Positions 51,080 through 64,000 of a DNA stretch of 64,000 bases are shown here, piece after piece (position 1 is the first letter of the stretch; each line of letters begins with the position of its first letter). The DNA comes from Eledone cirrhosa. Taxonomy: Eukaryota. Position numbers and translations under genes: made by a program. The stretch spans positions 309,938,001-310,002,000 of the forward strand of contig OZ024741.1 of NCBI GenBank assembly GCA_964016885.1. The letters are read 5' to 3'. The notes beneath the pieces were generated by a model. The model saw only the letters and a list, made by a program, of their open reading frames with translations. It searched no databases and was not told the origin of the DNA.

Positions 51080-53718
51080 TATAATGTTATAAACTCTTCT
51101 TCAGATGGTTACTCCTAAATGGCATGAAACATATACACACATACAAGCACCACATATTAGGATTTTTTTTATCTCTATGTTGTTTTTCATGTCAGCAGCT
51201 AGTAATAAATAAATAAAAAACCCTCATGTTGATAGAGACTTGGAATATACAAGGTTAATTAAACAACATACCATTAAATGATGAAGTAATTAACCCTTTT
51301 GATGCCAAAACCTGCCTTGTTTCTTATACAAAACTGTTTATTTTAAAGTGTTTATTTATGTTCATCTAAAATCTTTCCATCATAATTTTATGTAAGAACC
51401 ATTGTTAAGTTATGTTTCAAACACCAACTAAACAATGAAAAAGTTATATTAATAATTGGTATATATTAAAAATATGGTAAAGAAATGGTTAAAGAAATAT
51501 TTTACCAGAAAACTGACAGACAAGACTAAGGAGAGAGCGAGGGGGGTGAAGACATGTGGGAGAGTTTCAGTTAACTCTTAGCATCCTGTAATGATTTAGC
51601 AGACAATATCTAACAAGTTTGTTAATTCAAATGTTTGTAGTATCTTTACTATTAGTCAGATCTTTGTGAATATTTGTAGTAAGCTAAAGTAAAAACTACT
51701 TTTTAATAATAGTACTGTTTTGTACTTAGCAATAATGTCTTGTCAATGAAGTTTCATGTACTGCAGATATTAAGAGTTAAATAGATTGGTTCGAGTGATG
51801 CTGAACAATATAGGGGTGCTTGATTTATAGAATACAATGATGACAATATATATAATTTAGATGAAAATAAAAAAATGATCATATTATATGATGAATATGA
51901 TGGTGATGATGTAGTTATTTAGCTCTCCATGTTAGCTCTGTTTAAGCAGACCTATGATTTTTGTATATCCAGGACTACATTATCCAATGCTGTCCTTTCA
52001 TTTTAAAGACAACAGTGTGATTTGAAAAAGACTTAGCTGCTATCTCTAGGAGGTCAAGTGAAAACGTGGAGGTAACTCACTGATGATGATGAGGGGGAGG
52101 ATGAAATTATGAACAGTAGAAATAACAATGATTGAGCCTGTTGCCTGCAAGTGAAATTTGGTTGACAAAAACTGAGCAGAAGTCCATTGTATATATTGTT
52201 TCAAATGATGAGTGTTCAAATTAATTCAAGCAACGAAACTGCTTGTTCATGTAAGTAACGTGTAAGTGGCTAGATACATGCGCCCTAAGGAGATTCAGCA
52301 TGACTTGTAACAAAGCCGATTCCTTGAATTACAGGTACAATTCACTTTTGCCAGCTGCGTGGACTGAAACTGTGAAGTAAACTGTTTTGCTCAAGAATAC
52401 AACACACCAGGAATCAAATTCACGACCCTACAATTGTGAGCCAAACATCCTAAAGGCTAACCATGTGCCTTCACACACACATTCATATCCGTCTTCAATG
52501 ACCACTCATATAGTTTTCTGCAAAAGTTTGACCCACTGCAAACATTATCTTCTCTACTACATACCACAGGCCATATGAGATGCTTAATTCTTAAAGAACA
52601 TTATCAACTCCACTCAGTTATTCCCTAGTTGCCTCTGGGTTCAGAACTATTGGAGGACACCTTGAGCAAGTGTCTACTACTATAGTTTTGGATTCACCAA
52701 TGCTTTATGAGTGGAATTTGAAAGACAGAAATTGCAGAAACCTATTATATGTGTGTGTGTGTGTTTATATGCCGTAACTTGGTGGTTTGACTAAAACTAG
52801 ATTTTAAATAAATACTGGAGGTCAATATGATCAACTAACACGTTTTACATATGATAGAGCAGACTCTAGTGACTTTTGGTTTTTAGCTGAATTGACATAT
52901 CTGATGAGCAGATTCATGCTGGAGTTGGGTTTATGACACCTATAGGGAGTTTGGGCAAATCAACTGTGAAACGTGCACAACTGGTTGATAATCAATAAAA
53001 AACCTTTTTATGGAACATCGTCATGTTAAACTATTTATTTATTTATTTAGAGAGAGAGAGAGAAAGAAAGAGGGGGGGGGGGCAAAATGTATACACATTT
53101 CAACAGCATTCTAATAAATATTGCCAGTAGAGGTAATCAAAGCGTGTATACATTTTTGGAAATACCCTATCTATATATATATATATTTATATATATATAT
53201 ATATATATAAAAGACACATATATATATATATAAAAGACACATATATACATGCAAGCATTCATTTACACACAGGAATTTATAAACAAGTACGCATCTAATC
53301 ATACAGACAATATATGATCAAATCTATGCATAAATATATACGTATCGAAAATTGTGGATCTCCGTTGGTTTCGTCGACGAGCATTCAGCTGTTCATTCAA
53401 CCTAATTCTAAAGTTGCTGGGTATTACACAGGCACGTGTACCGTTAACTTAATTCTCAGGGCCATGTTTCACATACACAAATAAACACGCCCACCACCCC
53501 TACTAAACGAAGATATAAGGGTGTGCTATAGTAGAACTGAGTTTGTTAACGTAAATTTTTTTTTTTAAAGATTGACTTAAATAATGGAAATCGGTAAAAA
53601 ATATTTGATAAAGCCTAATTAATTGATGTACAAAATATAGAAATATTTGTTTTGTCTGATTAAAGAAAAAGAGATCTATTAAATACACTTCTGCGCATTT
53701 TTAGATTTATTTTCTTAC

Positions 53719-53835
53719 CTATAATCTTTTTGATTTGTATGGAACTTTGCCTCTATTTTTAACTATAGAAACATTCATACAATATATATATTACATACTA
53801 TATATATACATTCACATTACTAACTACATGGAATG
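53719..53835 (-). other. Candidate non-coding 5' UTR exon of Akt
   Basis: AG|gtaaga donor at 53718 and ttcttattttag acceptor ending at 53836, near the start of the CpG-richer region. Splice signals are the only support. Confidence 0.25.
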
Positions 53836-53902
53836 CTAAAATAAGAAACACCCAATAATGTCTGTGCATGCACGCGAGCAAAGATAGAAAAACGAGGGTA
53901 GG

Positions 53903-54014
53903 AATAATTGTTTCTACGTTAGGCACAAGGCCAGCAATGACCCAGTGCATTACTGGTACTTTATTTTATCGACCCCGTAAGGATGAAAGGCAAAGTCAAC
54001 CTCGGCGGGATTTG
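53903..54014 (-). mobile_element. 5'-truncated copy of the same SINE
   Basis: Core and tail match in reverse complement. Confidence 0.87.
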
Positions 54015-54436
54015 TAGGAATAATACACACACACACATTAAAACCTCTACATGATCGTTCGAACTGTTAAAAATAGTAGCCAAATTTCTCTCAAATAACA
54101 CCATAATGTATGTTCACAAATGTAGTCTTTGATATATATATATATATTAATAAAAGGAATTCCAACTTTGTCTGATTTACTCGTTTTATTTACAATCCTT
54201 TAAAATTATAATGATATTATAATGAAATATTATGGTAGAATATTAAATATTAAATGTTAATTGAACAAGTACTTTCATGCTTTCACAATTTTCAGGTTCA
54301 TATTCAGTGGTGACAGTCAAGTTTGCAATTTTCATATATATATATATATATTCTATTCTTCTTTTTTAATCATATATATATATATATATATTAATTCAAA
54401 ATATTAACAAAAATAGACATTCGTGTGATCAAGTAT

Positions 54437-54501
54437 ATTTTATTATACATATTTCAGCGGTACTGAGCTAACTTCAACAGTACGTCCTCATCAGATAAAA
54501 T
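54437..54501 (-). ncRNA. Minimal type I hammerhead ribozyme motif (Penelope-like element relic)
   Basis: ATTTTAT-CTGATGA-stem II (GTACTG/CAGTAC)-GAAA-TATGTA-TA-ATAAAAT: 7-bp stem I, intact core, AUA cleavage triplet; the base of stem II is imperfect. Confidence 0.6.
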
Positions 54502-54831
54502 AAGATGATGCATGACATACCCTGACATATTAGATGGTTAAGATTCAGTCATATATATATATTTGATTAAAAAAGAAAAATAGAAAGAAACGGCTAAAAC
54601 GTTTTGATCAAGGACATGTGGCTAAACAACGATATTCAAATACAAACGAACGTGTATGCAGACATATGCACAGACGGGTATCAGATAATAGATTTCGAAA
54701 TAAGAAAAATGAAAATATCTCGTCTGATTTACCGCATTGATTTTGTATGCTCTGTTATATATATATATATATGTGTGTGTGTGTATGTGCAGATATACAA
54801 ACACACACGGGCTGACGAGGGAGTCCTAACC

Positions 54832-54834
<3 letters not shown>

Positions 54835-54906
<72 letters not shown>
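54835..54906. repeat. (TA)n/(CA)n microsatellite, representative of many (e.g. 17085-17135, 17287-17420, 27695-27758, 49550-49590, 59724-59777, 62358-62480, 63167-63214)
   Basis: Direct inspection. Confidence 0.97.
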
Positions 54907-55092
54907 GCAATGAATCCTGTGAATCAGGCGAGATATTTTCGATTTTTAATTTCGAGATCTGTTGTCAAGGATTCCCGAAGTGTGTGTGTGCGCGCACGCA
55001 AGCACGTTGAGGCAAGACAGGCGATGCAAGCATCAACTGTAAAAATGGAGTCGATCAGGGATGAATGACGAAACGGCATGGAAATGTTAAAC

Positions 55093-55128
<36 letters not shown>

Positions 55129-55682
55129 CATACAGACATACATTTATATATACCTATACACACACACACAGACATATATAAATGAATACACACACATATA
55201 TTGAACATCTTGCTGAGTACGCTTTTAGCGGTGTCAATATGCATAAAGCGTAATTTTTATAAAGAGATACTACATACATATATATCTGTCTGCCTGTTTG
55301 TCCCTAATACATGCTGGTAAAAGGTACGCAGTTCAATTCCTCGTGAAAGAAGCAGCCCCACCCTATCGTCTACACATTTTATATTCATATGTACTATCGT
55401 TCTCATCACAAAGCAAAGAGCAGAAAGAAGGTGGGTGGGTAATTGCTTAGAAGATTTATTATTAATAGTATTATTGACAATTATCATTATTTCCGACTTG
55501 CTCTATCTTCCCCCACCCAGGTAATGAGCCTTGTCGTTGCAATGTTGCTTATCTTCACTACCCTTGTGGCAAATAAAAAAAATATATGTTTAGTTATAGT
55601 ATTACTACCACCCCTAAGAAAGACAAACATCATACAAGTCACCTCTTTGATTTTGCGGCCTTGGGTCTAATCATTATTATTA

Positions 55683-55870
55683 GATTGGCAGTATCGGTAG
55701 AGGGTCGGACGCCATGCTTTCCAGCATAGTTACGTCCCTTTACGATCTGAGTTCAAATCCCGCCGAGGTTGACTTTGCCTTTCATCCTTACGGGGTCGAT
55801 AAAATAAAGTACCAGTAATGCACTGGGTAATTGCTGGCCTTGTGCCTAAAGTAGAAACAATTATTATTAT
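55683..55870 (+). mobile_element. Young full-length tRNA-derived SINE with a Nin/Deu-like central domain
   Basis: A box TGGCAGTATCGG (55686-55697), B box GAGTTCAAATCC (55749-55760), core GCCTTTCATCCTTACGGGGTCGATAAAATAAAGTACCAG and an (ATT)n tail. Confidence 0.88.
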
Positions 55871-55899
55871 CAGTAATATAGCATCAGATATGCGCAGAC

Positions 55900-55941
<42 letters not shown>

Positions 55942-56227
55942 TACGTACACACGCGTGTGTATATGTATGCATATATATATATATATATTTATATATAAAT
56001 GCATACATATACACACGCGTGTGTACTTTAAGTAGGCGAGAGAAAAAGACAAAAATAAGCAGCGACAGCTTATCACGACTGTTCAAGTACCCCCCCCCCT
56101 CTACACTACCTTTTTCTCATTCCTTGACACGAATTCCCTCGTTTGTTTGCAATTTCTATACGCGCGTGCGTACACACATTCGCGCGCGCATGTGTGTGTA
56201 CACATGTGTATGTAGACATGTACATAA

Positions 56228-56260
<33 letters not shown>

Positions 56261-56641
56261 CATATATATATATATATATATATAAACATGGGTATACATA
56301 ACTAAACCAAAACACGCACAGATAGATTTCCCTTCCTGAAATGCTGAATAAAAGAAAACACTTTAAAACATAATGTGTGTTTATGTGTCAAATTTCAATG
56401 CGATGGCGGAGGTCTAAAATCTGGGCAAAGGATTACTGGTTCAAATCTTCCTCATAAACATCGTATCTGGTCCACTATTCAAAGGACATCCATCATGTTT
56501 TACAGAAAGATGTCTAGTTTAACAACAGGGCATTCATTTGCATTATTAATAACTGGGTTCCACAGATTAAGGAAGAAGAAGGGGAAAAAATGAATGGGAA
56601 AGAAAACGCAGCATACCTAATTTGAATATATGTACACACAT

Positions 56642-56695
<54 letters not shown>

Positions 56696-56771
56696 ATGTA
56701 ATTGACGAACGAGAGAGAAGAGTACTCAATACCAATGTAGAATTTAAATATTCATTTTATTAAGCCTCGAA

Positions 56772-56811
<40 letters not shown>

Positions 56812-57379
56812 GACCCTCATCGATGCAAATGAAGTAAAATATTTGTCGATATACATGAAATGTGAAATATAGATGCATAAGTGTGTGTGTGTATTATAGG
56901 CACGTTTGTGTGCATATAAACATACACATTCAGATTGTCTACACATCGGCATATTTTATTTATTTAACATCTATTTGTCCGCGCTAGTACGGAATTGGGT
57001 GGTACCCAATTATGTATGTTCGTATGTATGTTTGAGTGTGTGAGTAGTTGCGCGCGTGCGCATGGAAATGCAAAAAAAAAATTTTTCCATTCATACTGCG
57101 CATGTTTGTGTCAGATAAACTGCTATACATGCTACAACTTAATGCGTTGCATGTTCCTACAATTGTTGATCACACAATATCACTTAATCTCTCTTCACAC
57201 ACAGTTACATATTACTCTTTTTTTATACTCTTTTACCTGTTTCAGCCATCCGGCTGAGGCCATGCTGACACACACACACACACACATACACACACACACA
57301 CACACACACTACTTTTAGCCAAAAGGACGCGAAGCGATACACATAATATAACGTATATGGTTCCAAGGTTGTTAAGTGG

Positions 57380-58830
57380 AGGGGTGGGGATGAGTTCCCA
57401 CTGCTTAAAAAATATTCCTTGCGCTATGCGCCACAAATAGCCCCTGGCAACCAAATCCAACGCCTGGTCTTATCGGCTGGCAGGTGAAGGGGCGTGGGTG
57501 GGTTCTGGTGCATTCAGACTTGTGCTTCGGGTAGATTGAACTCACCAGCCTGAGGGCAGTCCATCTAGGGAAAGGCGAAAGGCAAACTCTTGATTTTTAG
57601 CCTCAGCTGCCTTACAGTTATACCCACTTATGAGAAAGGCTTCGGGAGTAAACCATAACGAGCCGGGGTCCCTAAGGCAGCTCAATGTTATTTATATCCA
57701 ACCTCGTTCTAGCAACTCCCGCAGCACTGCTGGTGCCAAGTTGTATCGGCCCCTGCTCTTCCCTTGGACAACATTGGTGGCATGGAGAGGGGAGAGGTGT
57801 TACATGGGCAACTGCCGATCTCTCATAAAACCCTGCTCAGGCCTGAGCCCTAGAAAAGACACTCCAGTATCACATCGACGCGACAACAAAACTCGGAAAG
57901 CAGCAGTCTACCGGTTATAAACCTGCACATGATTGACGTAACGCAATGTGCCAGGAGGGCGAGGCCAGCACACCTCACAGAACACCTACCGCCCACTTCA
58001 AACCGGGTAGCCACAAACCAGTTAGGTGCTGTCTCGCTTGCTTCACTAAATTGTAGGCTGTAAACACTGCACCAAGAAAAATAACAAATGATTACTGGTC
58101 TATAAGATGGTCTTCAGAAGATCATCTTATAGATCAGTTGGAGGAGAAGCATGTTACTCTGTTGAAGCACAAACATCAACCTTCCCAGACAACACTGCAA
58201 GCACTGAGTAGAACAATAAATACAGAGAAGACAAGACGCTGTACAAATGACTGCTAGCTACAACTATGCAAAGGCATTCATTTATCATTTGACACAGGAA
58301 ACATTCGCAGAACGTATGAGGGCATCAAGAAAGCCATCGGCTCAACCCAGAGTAAGACAGCTCCACCCAAATCCAGGACGGGCGAAGTCATCAAAGGCAG
58401 ATGGAGAGATGTTTGGAGCATTACTCCGAACTCTCGAAAAAACAGAATCTCGGACAACGTGTTAGACACCGTTGAACACCTGCCTGTCATGGAGGAGCTA
58501 GACGTGCTGCCGACTGCTGAAGAACTAAGCAGAGCCATTGTTGGCTTGCCCGCTGGGAAGGCAACAGGATTGGATGGCATCGCACCTCCCACAAAGGGAG
58601 TTTTGTTTAGCCTTCTGTTGAAACTACTGTGCCGATGCTGGTAGGAGGAAACAATCCCACAACACATGAGAGACTGCAACACTGTCACCCTCTATAAGAA
58701 CAAAAGAGACTGTAATAACTACTGAGGAACCCTACTGAGGAACCTTTAAAGGGAACTGGCCACCGACACAAGAGCACAAGGACCACATCATCGTTTCAAG
58801 GACGTCTGCAAGAGGGATATAGAGTTAATA
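57380..58830 (+). mobile_element. Internally deleted RTE/BovB-like LINE with 5' UTR-like sequence and coding remnants
   Basis: ELDVLPTAEELSRAI..L..GKATGLDGI, IPQHMRDCNTVTLYKNK and RFKDVCKRD remnants, preceded by a GC-richer 5' region. Confidence 0.8.
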
Positions 58831-59720
58831 GATGTGGACGTCACGACTACTAAAGGACCTAATTACCACTGTAAAGTAACACATCTCAGGATTCCCGCTC
58901 TCAATGTGGGCATTCTGAAATGTAGACCTGGGGAAATTATATACATGTACATATACTCCGTTTACGCTGGAGGATAAATAGATAGATCTAGTAATTCCGT
59001 TTAGCAGACCGTGATGCAATAATCAAAAGCACTCGACGTTAGCCTATCACCCATCATAGATGTACTATCTCGTGGTTGGTGCAAGAAGGGAGTTAAATAC
59101 TTCAATGAACATACAAGAAGGCGGATTCCAATATATTCCTTTGATGCGGCACAATTAAATAATACATATTTCTATAACCGGCTAAACGCAAGACAATCGG
59201 CAACGTCATCATTGAAGTACCCCCCCCCCCCCACACACACACACACACACACAAATATATATATTAGTCTTAAATAAGGAGACAGAAAAAATGCATTGGA
59301 TAATGTAGTCCTTAAAAGCCTGTGGCGGTCAAAATGCTTTTAATCAGAAATCAGCTCACTCAATGTTGACCTGGGGCTAAACAATACGAATAAGATGATA
59401 AGATCTCGTATATTCTCACGCTCCGCTTCTCAGCTCTCCCTCTCCTAGTATCAGCACCACTTATGGCTGTGGAACATGTCTCCTATAATATTAGGTGATG
59501 AATAGATGGATGAATGTACGATGAAAAAATCCCCATCCCCAACTCAAGGACGACTGGCTAAATATAAAATGTATGGCGAGTGCTTGTATAAGCATAGATA
59601 CCAGCAACATAAATGATATATGCCTGGACAATGTAGCAGAAAGCTCACTATAGTGCAGAACCCCTAGCTCAAAATTCGTGGTCCTAACGGAAAGAATAGA
59701 GAAAGGAAGCTCTTGCCCTC

Positions 59721-59780
<60 letters not shown>

Positions 59781-60234
59781 CTTCCATTTCGACGACATTC
59801 CCCTTTAGTCATTGGTTGAGAATATTAACACCTGTCACTTGCAAATGTCTTAGAATAAATTCCGACACTATCTTTTTTTATTTATCTTTCAAAAAAAAAC
59901 ATCAGACAAAACACTATAATGCCAGGGGTGGTAAGGGAACGGGGATAGCCAAAGGCAATGGATGGAAACAAGAAAGAAAGAAGAAAATAAGAAGTGAGTT
60001 TATCTTTTATAAGGAACGTGGCACAAAACTAATTCAGAGAATTGACACCGCGACAATTTTTCTACTATTACTGCTGCTAATAACGATTCTTCAAATTGAT
60101 ACAAGACTTATACAAATGGAGTAGAGACGATTTAAAATAAAAAAGCAGTCTACTGTGAGCAAAATTTGAACTCGAAACGTAGTTGAAATATATATTTTAA
60201 GTTATTTAGTCCGATGGTTTGCTCCCATCACTCT

Positions 60235-60380
60235 TAATAATAATTATTTCTACTTTTGGCACAAGGCCAGCAATTACCCAATGCATTACTGGTACTTTAT
60301 TTTATCGACCCCCATAAGGATGAAAGGCAAAGTTAATCTCGGCGGGATTTGAACTCAGAATGGCAAGGGCCGTAACTCTA
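60235..60380 (-). mobile_element. 5'-truncated copy of the same SINE; older diverged copies at about 14580-14800, 21740-21950 and 24150-24470
   Basis: B box, core and tail match in reverse complement. Confidence 0.85.
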
Positions 60381-62355
60381 TAATGATGGTGATTTCCACA
60401 AATCAATGAAGGAGCCTTTAGAAGTTTGCTCGACTCGACCTAAAAGTGGCAGTCAAATCTCTTGAGATCACACTAGATTATGTTGTCTCAGATACACTAT
60501 GAGGTAGGGTTGTCACAGTTGGAAAGCTTTGGATCATAGGTTTACTCGGTGAAAAGGGAATAGATCTTAAACGATTCGATCATAATTGGTTATTACTTAT
60601 TTTATCGGCCCCAGGAGAATATAAAGTGAATCTGACATCGATGCAAAAAGACGACTGGCAAAATGCATTTATATTAGTTTTATTATCGGGGGTGGGGTGA
60701 AAGGGGCATTGTCCATGACCTTCACAGGGGACCGACGTTCTGGGGGAGGAGAAAGGACTGGGAATAGTGGTTAATGTAGGGTTTGATTATGGTGTACACA
60801 ATATGGATTACGGGAGGAAGAGAAACAATTGAGTGGGGGGGGGGGGGTGCACACACACAAGACAACGAGCTGTGAGGTTCAGACTAATTTTGTAATGGTA
60901 GAAAAAAAACACAGAGAGAGCATCTATAGACCAGAACTTGCTCATGAGTGACTCCACAATCCTGTTCCTGGGAAAAGAGTGGCAAAATAAATATCAGAGA
61001 CATACTGAGGTACATCAACACGATTTTTCTAGATCTTTGTAAAAGGAATACATAGTTTGAATTTGTAAAAAGAAAAAGAAAAGGCAACCCCTCTACCCTT
61101 CTTTAGCTTACAACACCCTACCTCCACTAACCAACTAGTTTAGAAATGAAAATTTAGTGGATCGTAACCACGCGAATGGGGGAAGAATATAGAGTTGCCT
61201 GTATGTATGTGTGTGTGTGTATATATATGTATGTATATATAAAGAGAGAGAGAGAAGGGGGAGTAGAAAGGGACCAAGTGCAGGTGAAGTAATAAGGAAT
61301 GCATTTTGAATGGAGGGTGATATCAGTGAATGACAAACTGTTTACACACACGTGTGTGTATGTGTGCAAAGAGATGTAGCCAAAAGCATTCCAAAAGTAG
61401 ACAGACACACTACTGTGTTCAAAGCGTGTGCGTGTGTAAATATACACACACATACAGAATATAACATTATTACAGTGTTTGACAGCTGGCTGTGGCCATA
61501 CTGGGGCACTGTTATATATCACACAGATTTTTGTATGAGTGTATACATACACATACATATATACATAGATCTATACACACACCCATATATATATATACAT
61601 CTAAACACACACATATATATATATACACACACACACGCATATTCGCATGGTTACTATCCTCTAAATTTTCCTTTCTAAACCATTTGGTGAGTATATACAT
61701 ATCTATATATACATACATATAAGCGCACACGCACATATACACACGTCTCTCTCTTGTTTGTGTTCCCTTAACTTTCTAACACTATATATATATATTACAC
61801 ACACACATACATATATATATATATATGGGAGAGAGAGAAACGTACAATCGCCTGTGCGTTGACAAAATATGTATTTTGTCGAGGCGGGGGCATGTATATT
61901 GTTCAAGTGTGTATATTTATAGAGTAACACAAGCATTTCTACAGACTTACGTGTGTTTGTGTTAAACCTGCATAAAATTACACATAACGCACAGAGACGT
62001 TTATGTGCGCCAGTATATACACACGCGCACGCATACGAGTAGAGTGAAATGCAGATATTAAAAGATAGCATGTTTCTTGTAAAAATACACATACATACAA
62101 ATAAATATGCAACTGGTTCAGCTATCTGAATATGTCTTGACCGTACTCCGTCCACACATCAGAAACGATTGTTGTTTACACGGAGATCAGCAGTAATAGA
62201 ATTGATCCTCTTTTACTCAAGCATATCTAGAATTACATCATCTTTTCGTAGGTTTTGATTTCAAGGTAATTTGGCTGCTACTTCTAACAAATACCACAAC
62301 TACATTAACCCCTGTGTCGTTCCTCAATATTTTCAAGGCCGCTGGTTTTATTTCT

Positions 62356-62435
<80 letters not shown>

Positions 62436-63163
62436 ATCGTGTGTGTGTGTGTGTGTGTGTGGAGAGAGAGAGAGAGATATATTGGTGGTAACCCATCATG
62501 ACCACAACCCATGGACTGGAAGAGGCAGTGGGTCGTTGGACCTTTTAAAAATAACGCCCAGATCAACCCTAAAATTATATTGGATAATGTAATTTCTAAA
62601 TAATTTATTTCCATAAAGACGAAGTAGACGTGGCTAGAACCCTATTGTCTTAAATTAGGGAGAGTACACAATAGAACGTGTTACTGAAGAAATAGAGATG
62701 ATAGTCATGGCTATAATGCCTTTGAATCGATCAGGGTTTATTTAGGGACTGTGTGTGAGAGAGACAGATGTGGAAAAGGAAGAGGAGTGGCGGTAAAGTT
62801 ACTACACGATGGATTCTCCTAACAAATGCCCTCCCGCCGCCACACATTTCCAATAAGATCAACATTCACAACTATAAATGCGACAAACGATGATGACGTA
62901 GCAACGCCAACAAGTGTATATGTGTATGCGTGTGTGTTGCGTGTGAAGAAAGGGACCTTTCTCCCTTCACGCATTTATATTTATTTCTGTTTTTCAGAAG
63001 GGAGATGAGGAAAACGGGAAACAAATTATAAACGTCATATCATACTAAAATATGCAGAACTCAATATTGGTTTTGAATTTAAAATATTTATCAATGGTGG
63101 CTGTTTACTTCAAAGTTTCGCCGGTAGTGGCTTCCAAAAACAATTACAGACACAGTTTGGATG

Positions 63164-63217
<54 letters not shown>

Positions 63218-64000
63218 CTGGGTCTATATAAATAATGTGTATGTGTGTCTATTTATATATATAACGGGGTGTTACTACTTATGGGGAATACAACAGTGCA
63301 AAGAAGTAATATAATACAGCTCAAATCGATACACAAATAAAATGGTTACAAATACAGACGTGTTTGTGTAGGTCGTCTATTCGGTGATATGTATATATGT
63401 GTGCGTGTACATTTGCGTATCTCCTTACTTTTATAGTAACCTACATACGTACGTTGTGTGGGTAATTATAGGAACTATAGATTGACATTTGCTCTATGTT
63501 ATATTGAAATATATATTATCCGACTGTTGAGGTGTATTATATTACTTTTATATAGTTGCATCCACCATAATTAGTAACAACCTCATTATATATAGAGAGA
63601 GGAGGAGAGGCAGCGAACTAACAAGAAAACGTTTACATGGTCGTAAACAAATAGCAGGTAAATCTCCCTAAAATCATTCCCTACCAACTTCATAAAATAA
63701 TAAAAGACATCTTCGACAATCCGAGTTACTCATGAGTGAATAAAATACGGGGTAATCACAATAGGAATGCGTTTTGCTCATACAATATATCTAGGACTAC
63801 ATTATGCAATGTGTATTGCTCCCTCTTTTTTCTCTTGAAGATAGTAGGGTGTGATTTAAAGATCTGACTGCTTTTTCAAGCAGATCGAGTGACTATGTCG
63901 AGTGTGGCGGTCTCGTTGGCTCGTGAATTATCAGTAACCAACAGACTACGAGATAATCAAATAACAATGAAGTAGCTATATATAAAGAGAGAGAGATATA

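Noticed and set aside
54604-63008. Many 60-155 aa ORFs rich in YI, HT and CV dipeptides
   Set aside because: They are translations of (TA)n, (CA)n and (GA)n microsatellites.

Overview
AT-rich, microsatellite- and retroposon-dense animal genomic DNA; the repeat landscape suggests a coleoid cephalopod such as Octopus, which is inference. The only host gene found is the 5' part of an Akt/PKB kinase on the minus strand: four coding exons (47029-46975, 44422-44300, 39444-39333, 31879-31783) encoding the PH domain and linker, with intron positions and phases matching vertebrate AKT. No kinase-domain exon was found, so the following intron appears to exceed 31.7 kb. The introns contain a young CR1-clade LINE with intact ORF2, a PHD-containing RTE LINE, several other RTE copies, an R4/Dong-type fragment, three tRNA-derived SINE families, MITEs, a non-autonomous Helitron, Penelope-like hammerhead motifs and several long hairpins. 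Most notable: (1) the CR1 copy's own 3' UTR has nine clustered sense-strand A-to-G changes with a 5'-U preference, consistent with an ADAR-edited RNA retrotransposed into the genome, and it is followed by a second, unedited 3' end of another subfamily; (2) its AUG-less ORF2 is in the -1 frame at a canonical G_GGA_AAC slippery site ending ORF1; (3) inverted RTE and SINE pairs bracket the Akt PH exons. All alignments were done by eye.
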